NCBI GenBank assembly: GCA_951406725.2
Contig: OX597817.1
Span: forward strand, 172,732,001-172,796,000
Direction of reading: 5' to 3'
Source: Octopus vulgaris
Lineage: Eukaryota
DNA length: 64,000 nt
Shown: piece by piece, positions 52,162-64,000 of the stretch
How the letters are laid out: the number at the start of each line of letters is the position of its first letter
Position numbering within the stretch: the first letter of the stretch is position 1
Program-made: the position numbers and the translations under genes
The notes under the pieces: generated by a model
What the model saw: only the letters and a program-made list of their open reading frames with translations
Databases searched by the model: none
Told to the model about the DNA's origin: nothing

Positions 52162-53402
52162 TATATAATACCTGTACATCATCTCCAATCCTAATATATA
52201 TATATATCAATAAACATAATGCTTTTAGGGCTCTGCTTTTGCCATGATGGATGGATCTTCTCAAGCACAACATATTGGCAGGCCTGACGGTCCTTTGTCA
52301 TATCTGTGAGACTCAACATCTTCACTAACCACTTCTACTCTGTCTTTTTGGATCTCCATATTCAGTAATCACAGCTGACCTCATCCATATGAATCACATG
52401 CCTATAACAGTGCCATCTTCTTTTTTTGCATACCACATCTGATTCTTCGTATGTCCAGTTTTTCTCTCAACACATGTATTCTAACTTTCATGTACACTGA
52501 CACTGCACATCCAGCAGAGTATGTTTGCTTCTTTTCTTTCTAGTTTCCACCTTCTTGTTCTTAATTTCTGCTTCTACCCTTGCTAAGCAAACTTAGCTCC
52601 CCATCAAACTAGCTGATATTATTCTCTTCCTCCATTCTTCTAGTCTTTCAAAGTCTGTCTCTTTGCTTTTATGGCTCTGTCTACTTTACTGTTTCACCAC
52701 TATGACATCCTTGATCTGGCTGGAATTTTGCACCCTCCAGATTTGGCATACAGTGCTCAGCAGGACGTCCCATAGGAACTTTCAGTTATCCTCAATGCCA
52801 GCAGTCCGTAATCATTTTTGCACCATAGATTGGTTTCATGCAAGACAGACTGGGAAATCTTGTGCATAACAAAACAATAAAATGTGACCCAATGCTAAAT
52901 GATCCATGGTTTGATGGCTGTTGTTGTTGTTAAGCTACAAGACAGGTAAAGGTGACTAGGTGATGGTCTAGGGCTTAGGGGCAGGAGACCCCAGACCTTG
53001 GAAAAAAAAAAAACTTTGGTCGTCTTGTTGTAGTCGAGGGCTCTTCATTGACGCTCAACACCACTGGGAGGTGGCCCTCGAAGTCGCTGGAAATGGAGAT
53101 CTCCAGGTCCAAATTCTTTGATGGCTGGGAACCCCTGCTCTATGCTATACATCTCAATTGTATATATGAGAAGGATCAGTTTTTTCTTATTAACTGCATT
53201 AATCTTCAGTGTAAAAGATATGATGTTGTGTGAATACTGCAACATGCTATATTAACTTCATTTTGGATCAAGAACTCAAATTACAAAGAATTTCAACTGT
53301 ATTTCCAACTACAAGCACCTTTTAGCTGCTGATTGCTACATGTTAGAATACATGATTCTACTACAAAGCAGAAATGTTTGTTTTATTTAGACAAAATAAC
53401 TC

Positions 53403-53750
53403 CTTTTCAAACTCCACCTGTCTAACACCCGTGGACATGTTTACAAAGCCAGAAAACAGAACAGCTCCCATGACTTTCGGAAACATTTTTTCACACTAAG
53501 AGTTGCTGAAGCATGGAATAGACTGCTGGCATCAGTTGTTAGTTGTCGGAGCACTGCATCCTTTAAAACTTCCATGCTTCCTGAGATTCGCCAACACTAC
53601 ACCTGATTTTCTCCCCTCCATACACACACAAGTATGTATCTGACTCATACACTGTTCGCTTTCCAGACATTTGTACATTACTGCATATACTTTATACGCA
53701 CTTTCTGACAAGTTGTGGTGCACCTGAGCACTGTATACAATAATTTCATT
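53403..53750 (+). mobile_element. CR1 LINE 3' end, 5'-truncated
   Basis: Near-identical to 33735-34084. Confidence 0.9.
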
Positions 53751-56700
53751 ATATATAAAATAAAACTTAACAGTTTGATTGAACTTCCCCAATGAAAGGT
53801 ATTGACATTTTTCTAAATGTGTCCAGCTTGGTGAACTAAGAATATATATGATTGCATCTTAATTTCATTTCATTCTTTCTATATGCTTACATTTATACAT
53901 TTAACGTTATCTTAAATTCCCTAATTTTCCTATGAGATATATCTTCATTATCATTTAATGTCCACTTTCCATGCTGGCATGGGTTGAACAGTTTGATCAG
54001 AGCTGGGGAGCAGTACCAGGTTTCAGCCTGATTTGGCCTGGTTTCTATGGCTAGATGCCCTTCATAATGCCAACTGCTTTTTGCATGGATGGTATATGCT
54101 TTTTATGTGTATTAACACGGGTGCCATATAAAGTAAGTATGAGGCATAAGGAAAACAAATAAATAAATAAAAACAATAGAGACTGGAATGCTTCACTTTA
54201 GCTAGATTTGAACCTTTATGCTATGATTTACATTGAAGAGAGCAAAAAACAAGAAAACTATCTTTAGCAAATGTAATACAGAATCCTGGATTCAATCTCT
54301 CTATGTATTACATTGAACAATAAATATCTATGAATACTACTTACCTACCAGGCAAAAAAATTATTTACTATTTTATTAAATAGTAGAAAGGAAAAATTAT
54401 TGATATGTAAATGAAATAACATACTATAACTGGTTTCTAATTTAAGCACAAGGCCAACAGCTTTGAGGAAAGGGGTATAGTTGATTGCTTCACCCCATCT
54501 TATTTGACTGGTACTATTTTGTATCAGTCCTAGGTGAATTTGACTTCAGCAGGATTTGGACCCAGAACATAAAGGGCTGCAAGGCATTTTCCCAAAACTC
54601 TAATGTTCAACACATAATTTCAAATTTTGACACAAGGCCAGCAATGACTGAGGGAAGATGGGGCAAATAGATTACATCAGTCCTTGTACTTTATCTTACT
54701 GATCCTCCCAAAGGAGGAGCCATTTGCAAAAGTCTAGAAGATTGCAGGAATTCTGGTGTAGAAAACTCGCAGGATGTGCAATGTATGAAGGAATTTTTTC
54801 GTCTTCCTAATGCTCACCATCTAGCATAAAGCTACATCCCTCTCTACTATAATCCTACTTAGTAAAAGGGGATTGTTCATCTTGTGAGCTACATGGTGGC
54901 TTCACTAATACTGGGATCATCAAAAAATTTACCCGGTACACTTGGTAAAATGGTTGACATTAGGAAGGCCATCCAACCATAGAACCATGCCGAAGCAGAT
55001 ATTGCAGTACAATATGTCCTTTGACTTGTTGGATCTTCACAAACCATTCAGCCTACATTAGCAAAGAAGACAAATGTTAAAAGATAATGAAGGCTCACTG
55101 TTGTGGTGATGAGTAAAAGCCTCTCAGTGGGGCGTAGTAGATGACTTCCTCATAGATAAATCACCAGTGGATTGTGGGCTTTGGTTATGTGAAGGTTTAC
55201 GAAACATATTTTGCGTAACTGTCTCAGATGGATCAGCAGTGAAACATACAGAGGTAGTTGACAAAGAACTTGCAGGGCTTCAACCAGTTAGATGACTTGC
55301 TGTATCTGAGGGCTCAGATGCTGGTAATAGGTTGTTGATTAACTCCAGGTCAGTCTTCATTGAACAGACATTTCAGTTGTGACCAGTCTTTTTCCCATCA
55401 ATAAGAAGTTGAGGATTGTATTATCCTTTGCGCCATTTTTCACCCAAGATGACAAGGTATCATTTCAGGAGGATTTTGCAGCTATTTCTAGTAGATTAAG
55501 CAGCCAAGTAGAGGCTCTCATATTGACTTGTATGTGGCTGTGAAGTGTGGTGTACTGATTAGACATTCAATAAAATATAAATCTTTTTTTATGAAAAGAA
55601 AACAGGGCTGAAATACCAACCATAAATTGATGCACATGCTGAAAAAAAAAAGGTAAAAATGAAGAACGATATAAAAACAATTCATTCGTTCAGGTAATAT
55701 TTCTTCTTCAAATTTATTAAATTCAAGAAAATCAGAATAGAGAATATGAAAAGAATCTGAGCAGTAGTCGAATGTAAGAACAGTTGAAAATATCAATGAA
55801 GAAACAGTTGAAAATTGATGGGGAGGAGGAGGAAAAATAAGTTTGAGGTTTTCATTAAAAGAGAAAAAGAAAATTTTATTAAAAATGAATGAAAAAAATT
55901 TAGATTTTTATTATTTCATTAGCATCCATTACCTGGATTAATAAATACATATATCCAAAATGAAGTTCACAAAAACTTATAAAAGAGAATTTGTAGGGAG
56001 AAAGGAAGAGCCTATTTGTCACCATTGTCAATTTTATAGCTATGCTATTATGGATATGTAAAAACTGAAATAATTATGAGCTACTAATTATCATAAATAA
56101 ATTACATCTTTTTTTATTCTGGACTAACTAAGGGTTGTTATATTACACAGGAATACAACTTATAGTGATTTATTCTGCAGACAGCAAATATCATTATAAA
56201 TTTACTGAATTTTTTGTTTGTTTGTTTTTTTGTTGTTTTTTTCACTTATATCAAAACATCATTTGAAATCAATCATTCTGAGAAGAGTCACACATTAAAA
56301 ATAAATCATTCTTTATTATGGTTGCATATTTAAAGAAGGGTTAAATCTCAGTTTGTAACTGGAATATTCTTTGCCCTGTATTTAATAATAGCTTTAACTT
56401 ATTGTCTTTTTCTTTCTTTCTTGAAAAAAGACTCGTTTCATTATAGTCATTAGTGTGACATAATTAATAAGGCATCAAAACTTGGAAGAAGAGAAAACAA
56501 CAACAACAACAGGTTCAAGCTGAGGAGTTTTTTTTAATGATTTTTTTTTTCTTCCTGAAATTTTCATTTTGTTCATTAACAATTATTTCGAGTTAAAAAG
56601 GCCATAAAACCAAATTGTTGAGTCAGTGTCACAGATGTTGCAGCTGGAATTGTTTACGGAGATTAAAGTTTATTGTCTTTGAAATAGAATCTGTTTAAAC

Positions 56701-59700
56701 ATATTATCCGCACTGTCAGAGATGGAATAGATAAAGGCATAACAGTTGGACCTGTTTGATGCTAATCTTAATTAAATTCATTCTTACTTCACTAAATTAT
56801 ATTATTTCTTTATCTATTTAGTTTAAGCGAAACCTACTCTATTTATTATCAGAAATAAATTTCAGTGAATTTTTCAATTATTTACTATTATACTCGGCTT
56901 CATCTCAAGAATCTTTCTCAAATCATTGTTTAATTTTCCCCTGATCATATTTCATTGTATAACTTTAAGCATTACTATAATCTACCTTCTTGTACATGGA
57001 GGGGAGGTTTTAAAAAATGGCTTTCGATGTTCAGGGAAAAAGTTTATTCAAGAATACTATTTATTCTTAAATTCCTGTGCAATTAAATGAATAACTGATA
57101 TGACCAACACTAATTATCAGGAAAACATTACAACTTACTACAATACCATACATACACCAATATACAATTAGTAGTTCGAAACAATGCTTCTTGAAATTAA
57201 TATTTTGCTGTTTTTTTATATTAATTAATGATTTATATATTTTTTTAACAATTTTTGTTTATGATTTTAGGTTGCATTTTAGCTTTGCAATTTTATCCAA
57301 TGAATGTAAACATTAGCCATATTCACAACTATGTAAAATACATAGTAATAGTCAAAAACATTAATATGAATTTAAAAATAATGCCATGCAGTTTAGGAGT
57401 GTTACTGAAAAAAAAAAAATTCCCCCAAAAACTTTGAAATTTTACAACAATGTAAAAAAAAAAAAATTGGAAATGGTTTTAAGTTTAACATTGGAAATTT
57501 TAAAAATCCAGCTGATTTCCAACATTGAAAGAAGGGGGGGGGGGAAATTCACTGAATTTTTTTGTTTGTTTGTTTTTTTTTTTGTTGTTTTTTAAAGTAA
57601 TCAGCTTTAAAACTCAGCAACATTTGTAGCATCGTCGAAAAATTGGATGCTGGTAAAGTCCTTTGGAAATGAATGATCTTTGTAGAGCGTGAAAATAAAT
57701 AGAATGGGATTTGAGACAGTTAATCAAAGAGAGCTTATTAACTAGCATGATGCTTTGTATGAAATACAAATAATTGCGGAAGAATGTGGAGATTTGATAT
57801 TGAATGCATATTTCCCTTGCAACAAGGCTTTTATTAGATATTTGGCTCCTGCATTCAGCTTTATGTTTGCATATAAGTCTCCAGTGACCAAGGGAGACAG
57901 ATTGAGTAACAATACCTAATTTGCTAAAGAAGACACGCTTAAACACCCACGTTTACAAAATTACAATATAGAACAATCTGATGGCAAAGTGGGAACTAAA
58001 ACCCGTTAAATAAAGAGAGAGGGATGTTAACTAACGAGGAAAAATTTTACAATGAGTCACTGATTTTGCTGCTCCCTCTGGTTATCTGTAAACTTTGGTA
58101 GTAATTACAAAAGGTAAAGACTAAGTTAAAATGAGACAGATTAAAATACAAAGAATTTAAAAATTTAAAAAAAAGAAAAAAAAAAGACAAAAATGTTCCA
58201 AATACCACATATTGCCAATGCTTATAACAATCACACTTTATCAATTCTGCCCATGAAATCAAGTCTTAAAATGAGAATTCAAATGAACCAACTCCAAAAA
58301 CTATTCTATACTTTGAAGATAAAAAACACAAAATTTAATAAAACACTCTTGAAATACCACAGAAGCAGTGACATTAACAGGAGCGACAAATAAATAAATG
58401 AAAGAAAAAAAAAAAAATGAAATTCCACTCCTTTCTCAGATTGCAATCTGAGTTCAAATGATTTCAGTACCAGTTACAACCAGAGGTTCTTGTTTCTAGG
58501 TAATGAAATCGAAATTATTTCATCACAATTATTAGTTCAGGTGATGAGAGATTCAAAAACTCTTCCTTTTTTAATAAAAGCAGTTTGCATTATGAAATGA
58601 AATTAATGTTGCAGATTCTGTACATGGTTGAATAAAAGGCAATGAAAAGAAGAAAATTGATCAAAATGATTTTGTTTCCACAATTGAAAGTTGTAGAAGA
58701 GTCAACAAACTTTTTCAGGGAAATATACACTGGAGAGGGTTTCTGTTGCTCTCACCAACCCAATAGCAAAACTTGAACTTAAATGCAAGCTAATTAATTA
58801 AACAGCTTAATTATATCCAATGCTTCAAGCAGTAAGCTGCACAGGCATCATGGTATCTATATTACAGATAGGTTGACTGAACTAGAGAGAATCAGAGAAC
58901 AACACTGTATAATACTAATGGCTAGACATGATTCCTTGATTCCTTGACCATCTGGTTGATAGTCCAACGTTTTGTCACAACCATCTATGGCTCTGAATAA
59001 TTTACATGTCTGCATTTCTGAAATTAATCATTTATAGAGCAGTAAGATCTTCAATAAGGATAATAACCTTGTCTTTTGTGTTGCCATTTAGAGATTAAAA
59101 TGGTTTGTTTGGGGGAATGATGGAGAAGATGAACAATCTTTTTTTTTTTTTTTCAAATTAGACATAAAACAATCTTTGATACTCATTTCAAGGCAGCTTT
59201 TCTCTGTTCATAGATAGCAGATTTGACTTTGTGATGTTTCCAAAACTCTTTTATTAGAGTAGATTATGAGACCACCTGTCTTTTTTTTTTTTTGTTATGG
59301 ATGAGCTGAATATGATTATAATATTGATGATGTTGCAGGTATTACCTTTCATGAACTAAAAGGGGGAGAATATGGAAATAAAGCACTTTTATGTAAAGGT
59401 ATAATTCTTCATACAGCCATGAATATAAACGGAAAGATGTTTTAAGGTTACCTATTACAGCTGATCATGATTGAATTATAGAAAATGTATCACCTGTGCA
59501 GTCAGTTTTATATGTTCCTGTCTAATATGAAACATGTAGTAACTGGTCTCTATCTATTTTGGTGTTTATTCAGGACTAACCATAGACTCTGCTTCCAGTC
59601 TAGACAAATGCTAAGTTTAAGGAAAGATATTTTTCTTAATTCTATCAGGTTTTATCGAGTATTTGTGCGAAATTAGGTTTGTTTAAATTTTCAGTTGAAA

Positions 59701-60171
59701 TGTAAAAATTCTGTAAGAATGAATATTAGAAACATGGAAAGAGAAAGAGAGAAAGAGAGAAAAAGGAATAGTTTACAATTAAGAACCTTATAAATTAATG
59801 GCAGCGCCTCGTTATTCTTGCTGATTAATTACAACAATGCTACACAAAACAGAATGAGTGAGATGATAGCTGATCTACGAAAAAAAAGCTATGTATGTAT
59901 GATAGTAACTGAAGTGATTATAGTTTATGCTTTCACTTCTATAACAGAATGTAAAAAGTTGGTAATCTTTGTATGAATATTCTTAAAAGAAATTCAGATA
60001 CACCACCACCACCACCCCTGCTTTTAATTATTGATGTCCTCATCACTGAAAAGAAGAAGAGTAAAGTAAAGCGCAGAAATATTGAAGTTTTTGCAATTAA
60101 TATTTCTTTGAAAATGCTGAATATTGATATTGAAGGGAAATATAGATAAGTATTAGGTTAGGAGAAGAAAA

Positions 60172-60217
<46 letters not shown>

Positions 60218-61049
60218 ATTCAGTTGAATTAGGTACTTAAATTGAGGCACCAAGCCAGTTCGGAATAATCCAGACAGCTCCAAGTTAGGTGAACAGAATG
60301 TAAATAAGTAACAAGGATGTCCAGGTATCAAAACAATTATGGCTGTTTTGAAAGGCTCCATTTAATTGACCAATGAAAACATTACATCAATTTGAAAGAA
60401 ATTGCTCTCCTCAGATGTAGATGACCGTATAGATTTCCAACATAAAGGATAGGAGCACTCTGTCGATTACGATGACGAGGGTCCCAGCGGATATGATCAA
60501 TGGAACAGCCTGCTTGTGAAATTAATGTGCAAGTGACTGAGCAATCCACAGACACGTGTACCCTTAATGTAGTTTCTCAGGGAGATTCAGCGTGACACAG
60601 AATGTGACAAGGCTGGCCCTTTGAAATACAGGTATCACTAATTTTTGCCAGCTTAGTGGACTGGAGCAACGTGAAATAAAGTGTCTTGCTCAAGGACACA
60701 ACGCATCACCAGGAATCGAACTCACGACTTTACAATCGCAAGCCAAATGCCCTAACCACTAAGCCACACACCTTCACATAAAGGATAAACCTTTTCTTAA
60801 AACAAATTTATATCAATACTAGAAACTAAAATAATTACATTGTTTCCTTATGTTATATTTATGGCAGAGTTAAGAAGAAAATACATATCTTATTAAGCCT
60901 AATATAATTTAGAGAGAAGCAGAGGAAAATAGTTGGGGTCAAGATATAGGAGTGGTGAGATATTTGTTTATATTTAGAAGCTTTTATGCAACATGTAATC
61001 TACAACCATTTAGAATTAAATCCATTGGGAGTTATCAACCGTTTCTAGG

Positions 61050-61540
61050 TGATGGTGATCAGCCAGTCCGTCTGGTGCTGAGTCAGCTCCGCTGGTCCCA
61101 GCATTCCTTCCATTCCCCTCCTTTTCTCACCATTCTCCTCCACATAGTTCCAAACAATTTTCTTAAATCATCTTCCCACCTGATTGGAGGTCTTCTGAGT
61201 GGTCTCTTCTGCTTGCGCCGGTACCACTCGAGCACAACTGCGCAGGTCCACCGATTGTCAGTGAACCTTACAACAGGACCAGCCCATCATAGCTTTGCGT
61301 GGTGATATTCTGCGATGATGTCCTTCACTCCAGTTCTATCCCTCGTCTCTTTATTCTAGATGTGATCTCGTAGCAAGATTCCCAACATTGACCTTTCCAT
61401 GGCTCTCTGCTCTGTAGGCAGGTATTGTTATTCTTTCTTCATCAAGGCCTAAGTCTCACATGTGTATAGCATTGCAGGCAAGACTGTGCTGTTGAAGAGA
61501 TTTGTGTGAGTGGCCTTTCCATGGTTTGCCATAAAACAAT
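61050..61540 (-). mobile_element. LINE RT C-terminal remnant (second RTE-like family)
   Basis: The minus strand gives NLFNSTVLPAMLYTCET, QRAMERSMLGI and DNRWT...EWYRR...RPPIRWED. Confidence 0.75.
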
Positions 61541-61545
61541 CTTTG

Positions 61546-61576
<31 letters not shown>

Positions 61577-61948
61577 ACATATATATACATATATATATAC
61601 ATACATATACATATATATACATATTACTATTATTGTTTTTTGTATTTATATTTGTGTGGCATCGTCCGTTTTTCTGTCCTTGTTTCATATACATTTGATC
61701 CTTCTTCCAAGAAATCTAATGCTCGTAGCTTAGTTTTTCCTTGGGGCTGGCTGGATCGGAGTGATCTCAAGATTAATCAGCCGAAATTGCGAGGATGATC
61801 CGTTTCTTGACTGAAGATTGAAGGCTTCGAATGTCCCGTCCGTGTTTTTTGTATCATCTTCTAAATGTTTTACGTTCTTGTCCCAGTTTGTATTTTTCTA
61901 CATATAATATATATATATATACATATACATACATATACATACATACAT

Positions 61949-62003
<55 letters not shown>

Positions 62004-63529
62004 TGCACGTACATATATGTATATATGTATGTGAGGGTGTATAATGGCTTAAGACAACTGTAAGAGGCAGAAATTTGAATGAGGAAATAGAGAAAAAAAA
62101 TGAAGAAATATATAAATTGGCAAATTAAGGGCCATTAATTGCATAGCAATGTAATAGAAGTTGAGTCCTGTTCAAGTGAAATGCTTCTGCATGCACTAAA
62201 GAAGGCTCTCCACATCTATTTTATGTTTCAATATATTTATACACCAATGTCATTTCTTAAATGTCCAAACTATATTAGATGTTTATATTTTTATTTTATC
62301 AGAATGTAAAGTTGTTTGTTTTCCCCCCTTGCTACTATTTGTTTTTACCTAATTTCCAATTATTTTTTTTATTAGTCAGGTAAATTCTTTCAGGTATTTC
62401 AGAAAGTTTTAATATATCCTAAAATATATTAAGTTTCACAAGAATTGCCCATAGTTTTGATTTTGTCTCTTTTAAGAAATAGTTTCAGGTTAATGACTTT
62501 TATGTACAGTGCATAATATTGGGTTTGTGAAGCAATCTGCAATTAATTCATTCATAGCTTTTGTTTTAAGGTAAACTTTCAGAAGAAGATTTGTTTGATG
62601 TATATAATAAATAAGATGCATTCCATGAGAAATGGCCAAAGACGAATATAATAGACATATATAAAAAAAAAAACTGAAAAGATATCGACAAATTAAACAA
62701 GAATATGCTGTCTTGTAGCTATTTATATTGGTATGTGAGAATGAGAAATGTAAGGAAGACATTCTAAGAAATAGTTTAAACAGAATTTTAACCTAGTTTC
62801 TTAAAATATATGGGTTGAGCTTTTGATAGCTTATCTTAGTTTAAACTAAATGTTTTCAAAACTAGAAATAAATCATAATACTTACATTGAGGTTTTGAGT
62901 TAATAAGAGAAATTGAGGGGAGGGGGGAAAAGGGCAACAGACAAGAATATAAATAAAATTCTGAGTACTAATGTGTTAAACAGAATAATTATTATTCTGG
63001 GAACTGTTTGAAAAGTTTCAAGCATGAAATCTTTATACTTAAATTGATGGGTTTGTCTTAAAAATTTTAAATAAAAAAAAATAAAAAAATTGTTTTTTTT
63101 TTCTAACTTTAACAAAAATATTTCACAGAATTAGCTTGGTAAAATTTATTGCTATAATAATGATATATAAATTGTAAGTATTTCCTTTGATAAATAGAAG
63201 AAATACAACGATGACGTGAAAGTTGAAAAAAAGAAAAATGAAAGATGCTTCTTTGTTTAACAACAACCATTTCACAAACACTATCAAAAAGATTAGGTCC
63301 CAAAAAGATGAAGCTTCTGAAAAAACATGTATTTTCAAAAAAAGTGATTCACTTGCTGATTGATTATCTGAGCTGCCGCAAAAAAAAAAAAAAAAAAGAA
63401 AAAATGGAAAAATAAAATAATCAGAACTTTATTCATTTGTTTCTTTTCCCTTATTCAAAATTAATAATAATTAAATAATTAAGAGGGGGAAGAGTTAAAC
63501 TTCGACTGTAAATTACCAAGAACAATGTG

Positions 63530-63583
<54 letters not shown>

Positions 63584-63614
63584 ATGTATGTATGTATGTA
63601 TGTATGTATGTATG

Positions 63615-63649
<35 letters not shown>

Positions 63650-63734
63650 ATGTATGTATGTATGTATGTATATATATATTTATATATAAATAAACACATA
63701 TACATACACACACACATACATACATGTATATATA
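63530..63734. repeat. Compound (TA)n/(TG)n/(TATG)n microsatellite
   Basis: Read directly from the sequence. Confidence 0.95.
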
Positions 63735-64000
63735 GGATTTGTTTGAATTAAAATATTTTAAATGAAATAAATAATAAATAAATATTTGAAACAGAATAAA
63801 CAATAAGAAACAAAACAAAACAAACAAACTTAAAATCAATTTCGAGACAATTAATTGAGAATAAAAAGTGAGGAACTGAATTGATAATTTTGTTTGCTTT
63901 TTTTTTTAGTTTTTCTTTTTTCCCTTGTAAATGATATAAAGTCTATTGCAAATGAATGGGGTGAGTTCAAAATGGCTTAAAATTGTAAAATCTGTGACGA

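Noticed and set aside
61733-61840. Possible further hammerhead (GGCTG...CAGCC-GAAA; nearby CTGAAGA)
   Set aside because: The position where CUGANGA should be reads TTGGGGC, and the CTGAAGA is not followed by a proper stem-GAAA. At most a decayed relic.

Overview
AT-rich, repeat-dense eukaryotic DNA. The SINE, LINE and MITE families and the many (TA)n tracts look like an Octopus (cephalopod) genome; this is recognised by eye, not by search. The only host protein-coding gene I can support is the 3' two-thirds of an alpha-arrestin (ARRDC2/3/4-like) on the + strand. It has six GT-AG exons (5874-5976, 12670-12810, 26911-27026, 32118-32325, 38566-38711, 44045-44107) totalling 777 nt, or 258 aa plus stop, and carries three PPxY motifs. 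A probable 3' UTR of about 5 kb follows. The introns hold a decayed mariner, RTE and CR1 LINE fragments, hAT and piggyBac-type MITEs and many tRNA-derived SINEs. The most notable signal is at least five unrelated fold-back (inverted-repeat) elements carrying type-I hammerhead ribozyme cores of the kind known from Penelope-like elements. One is a young 1.1-kb insertion with perfect 192-bp arms, each holding an intact hammerhead. Another lies in the putative 3' UTR, where only the sense-strand core has lost its GAAA. Coordinates of dispersed repeats are approximate.
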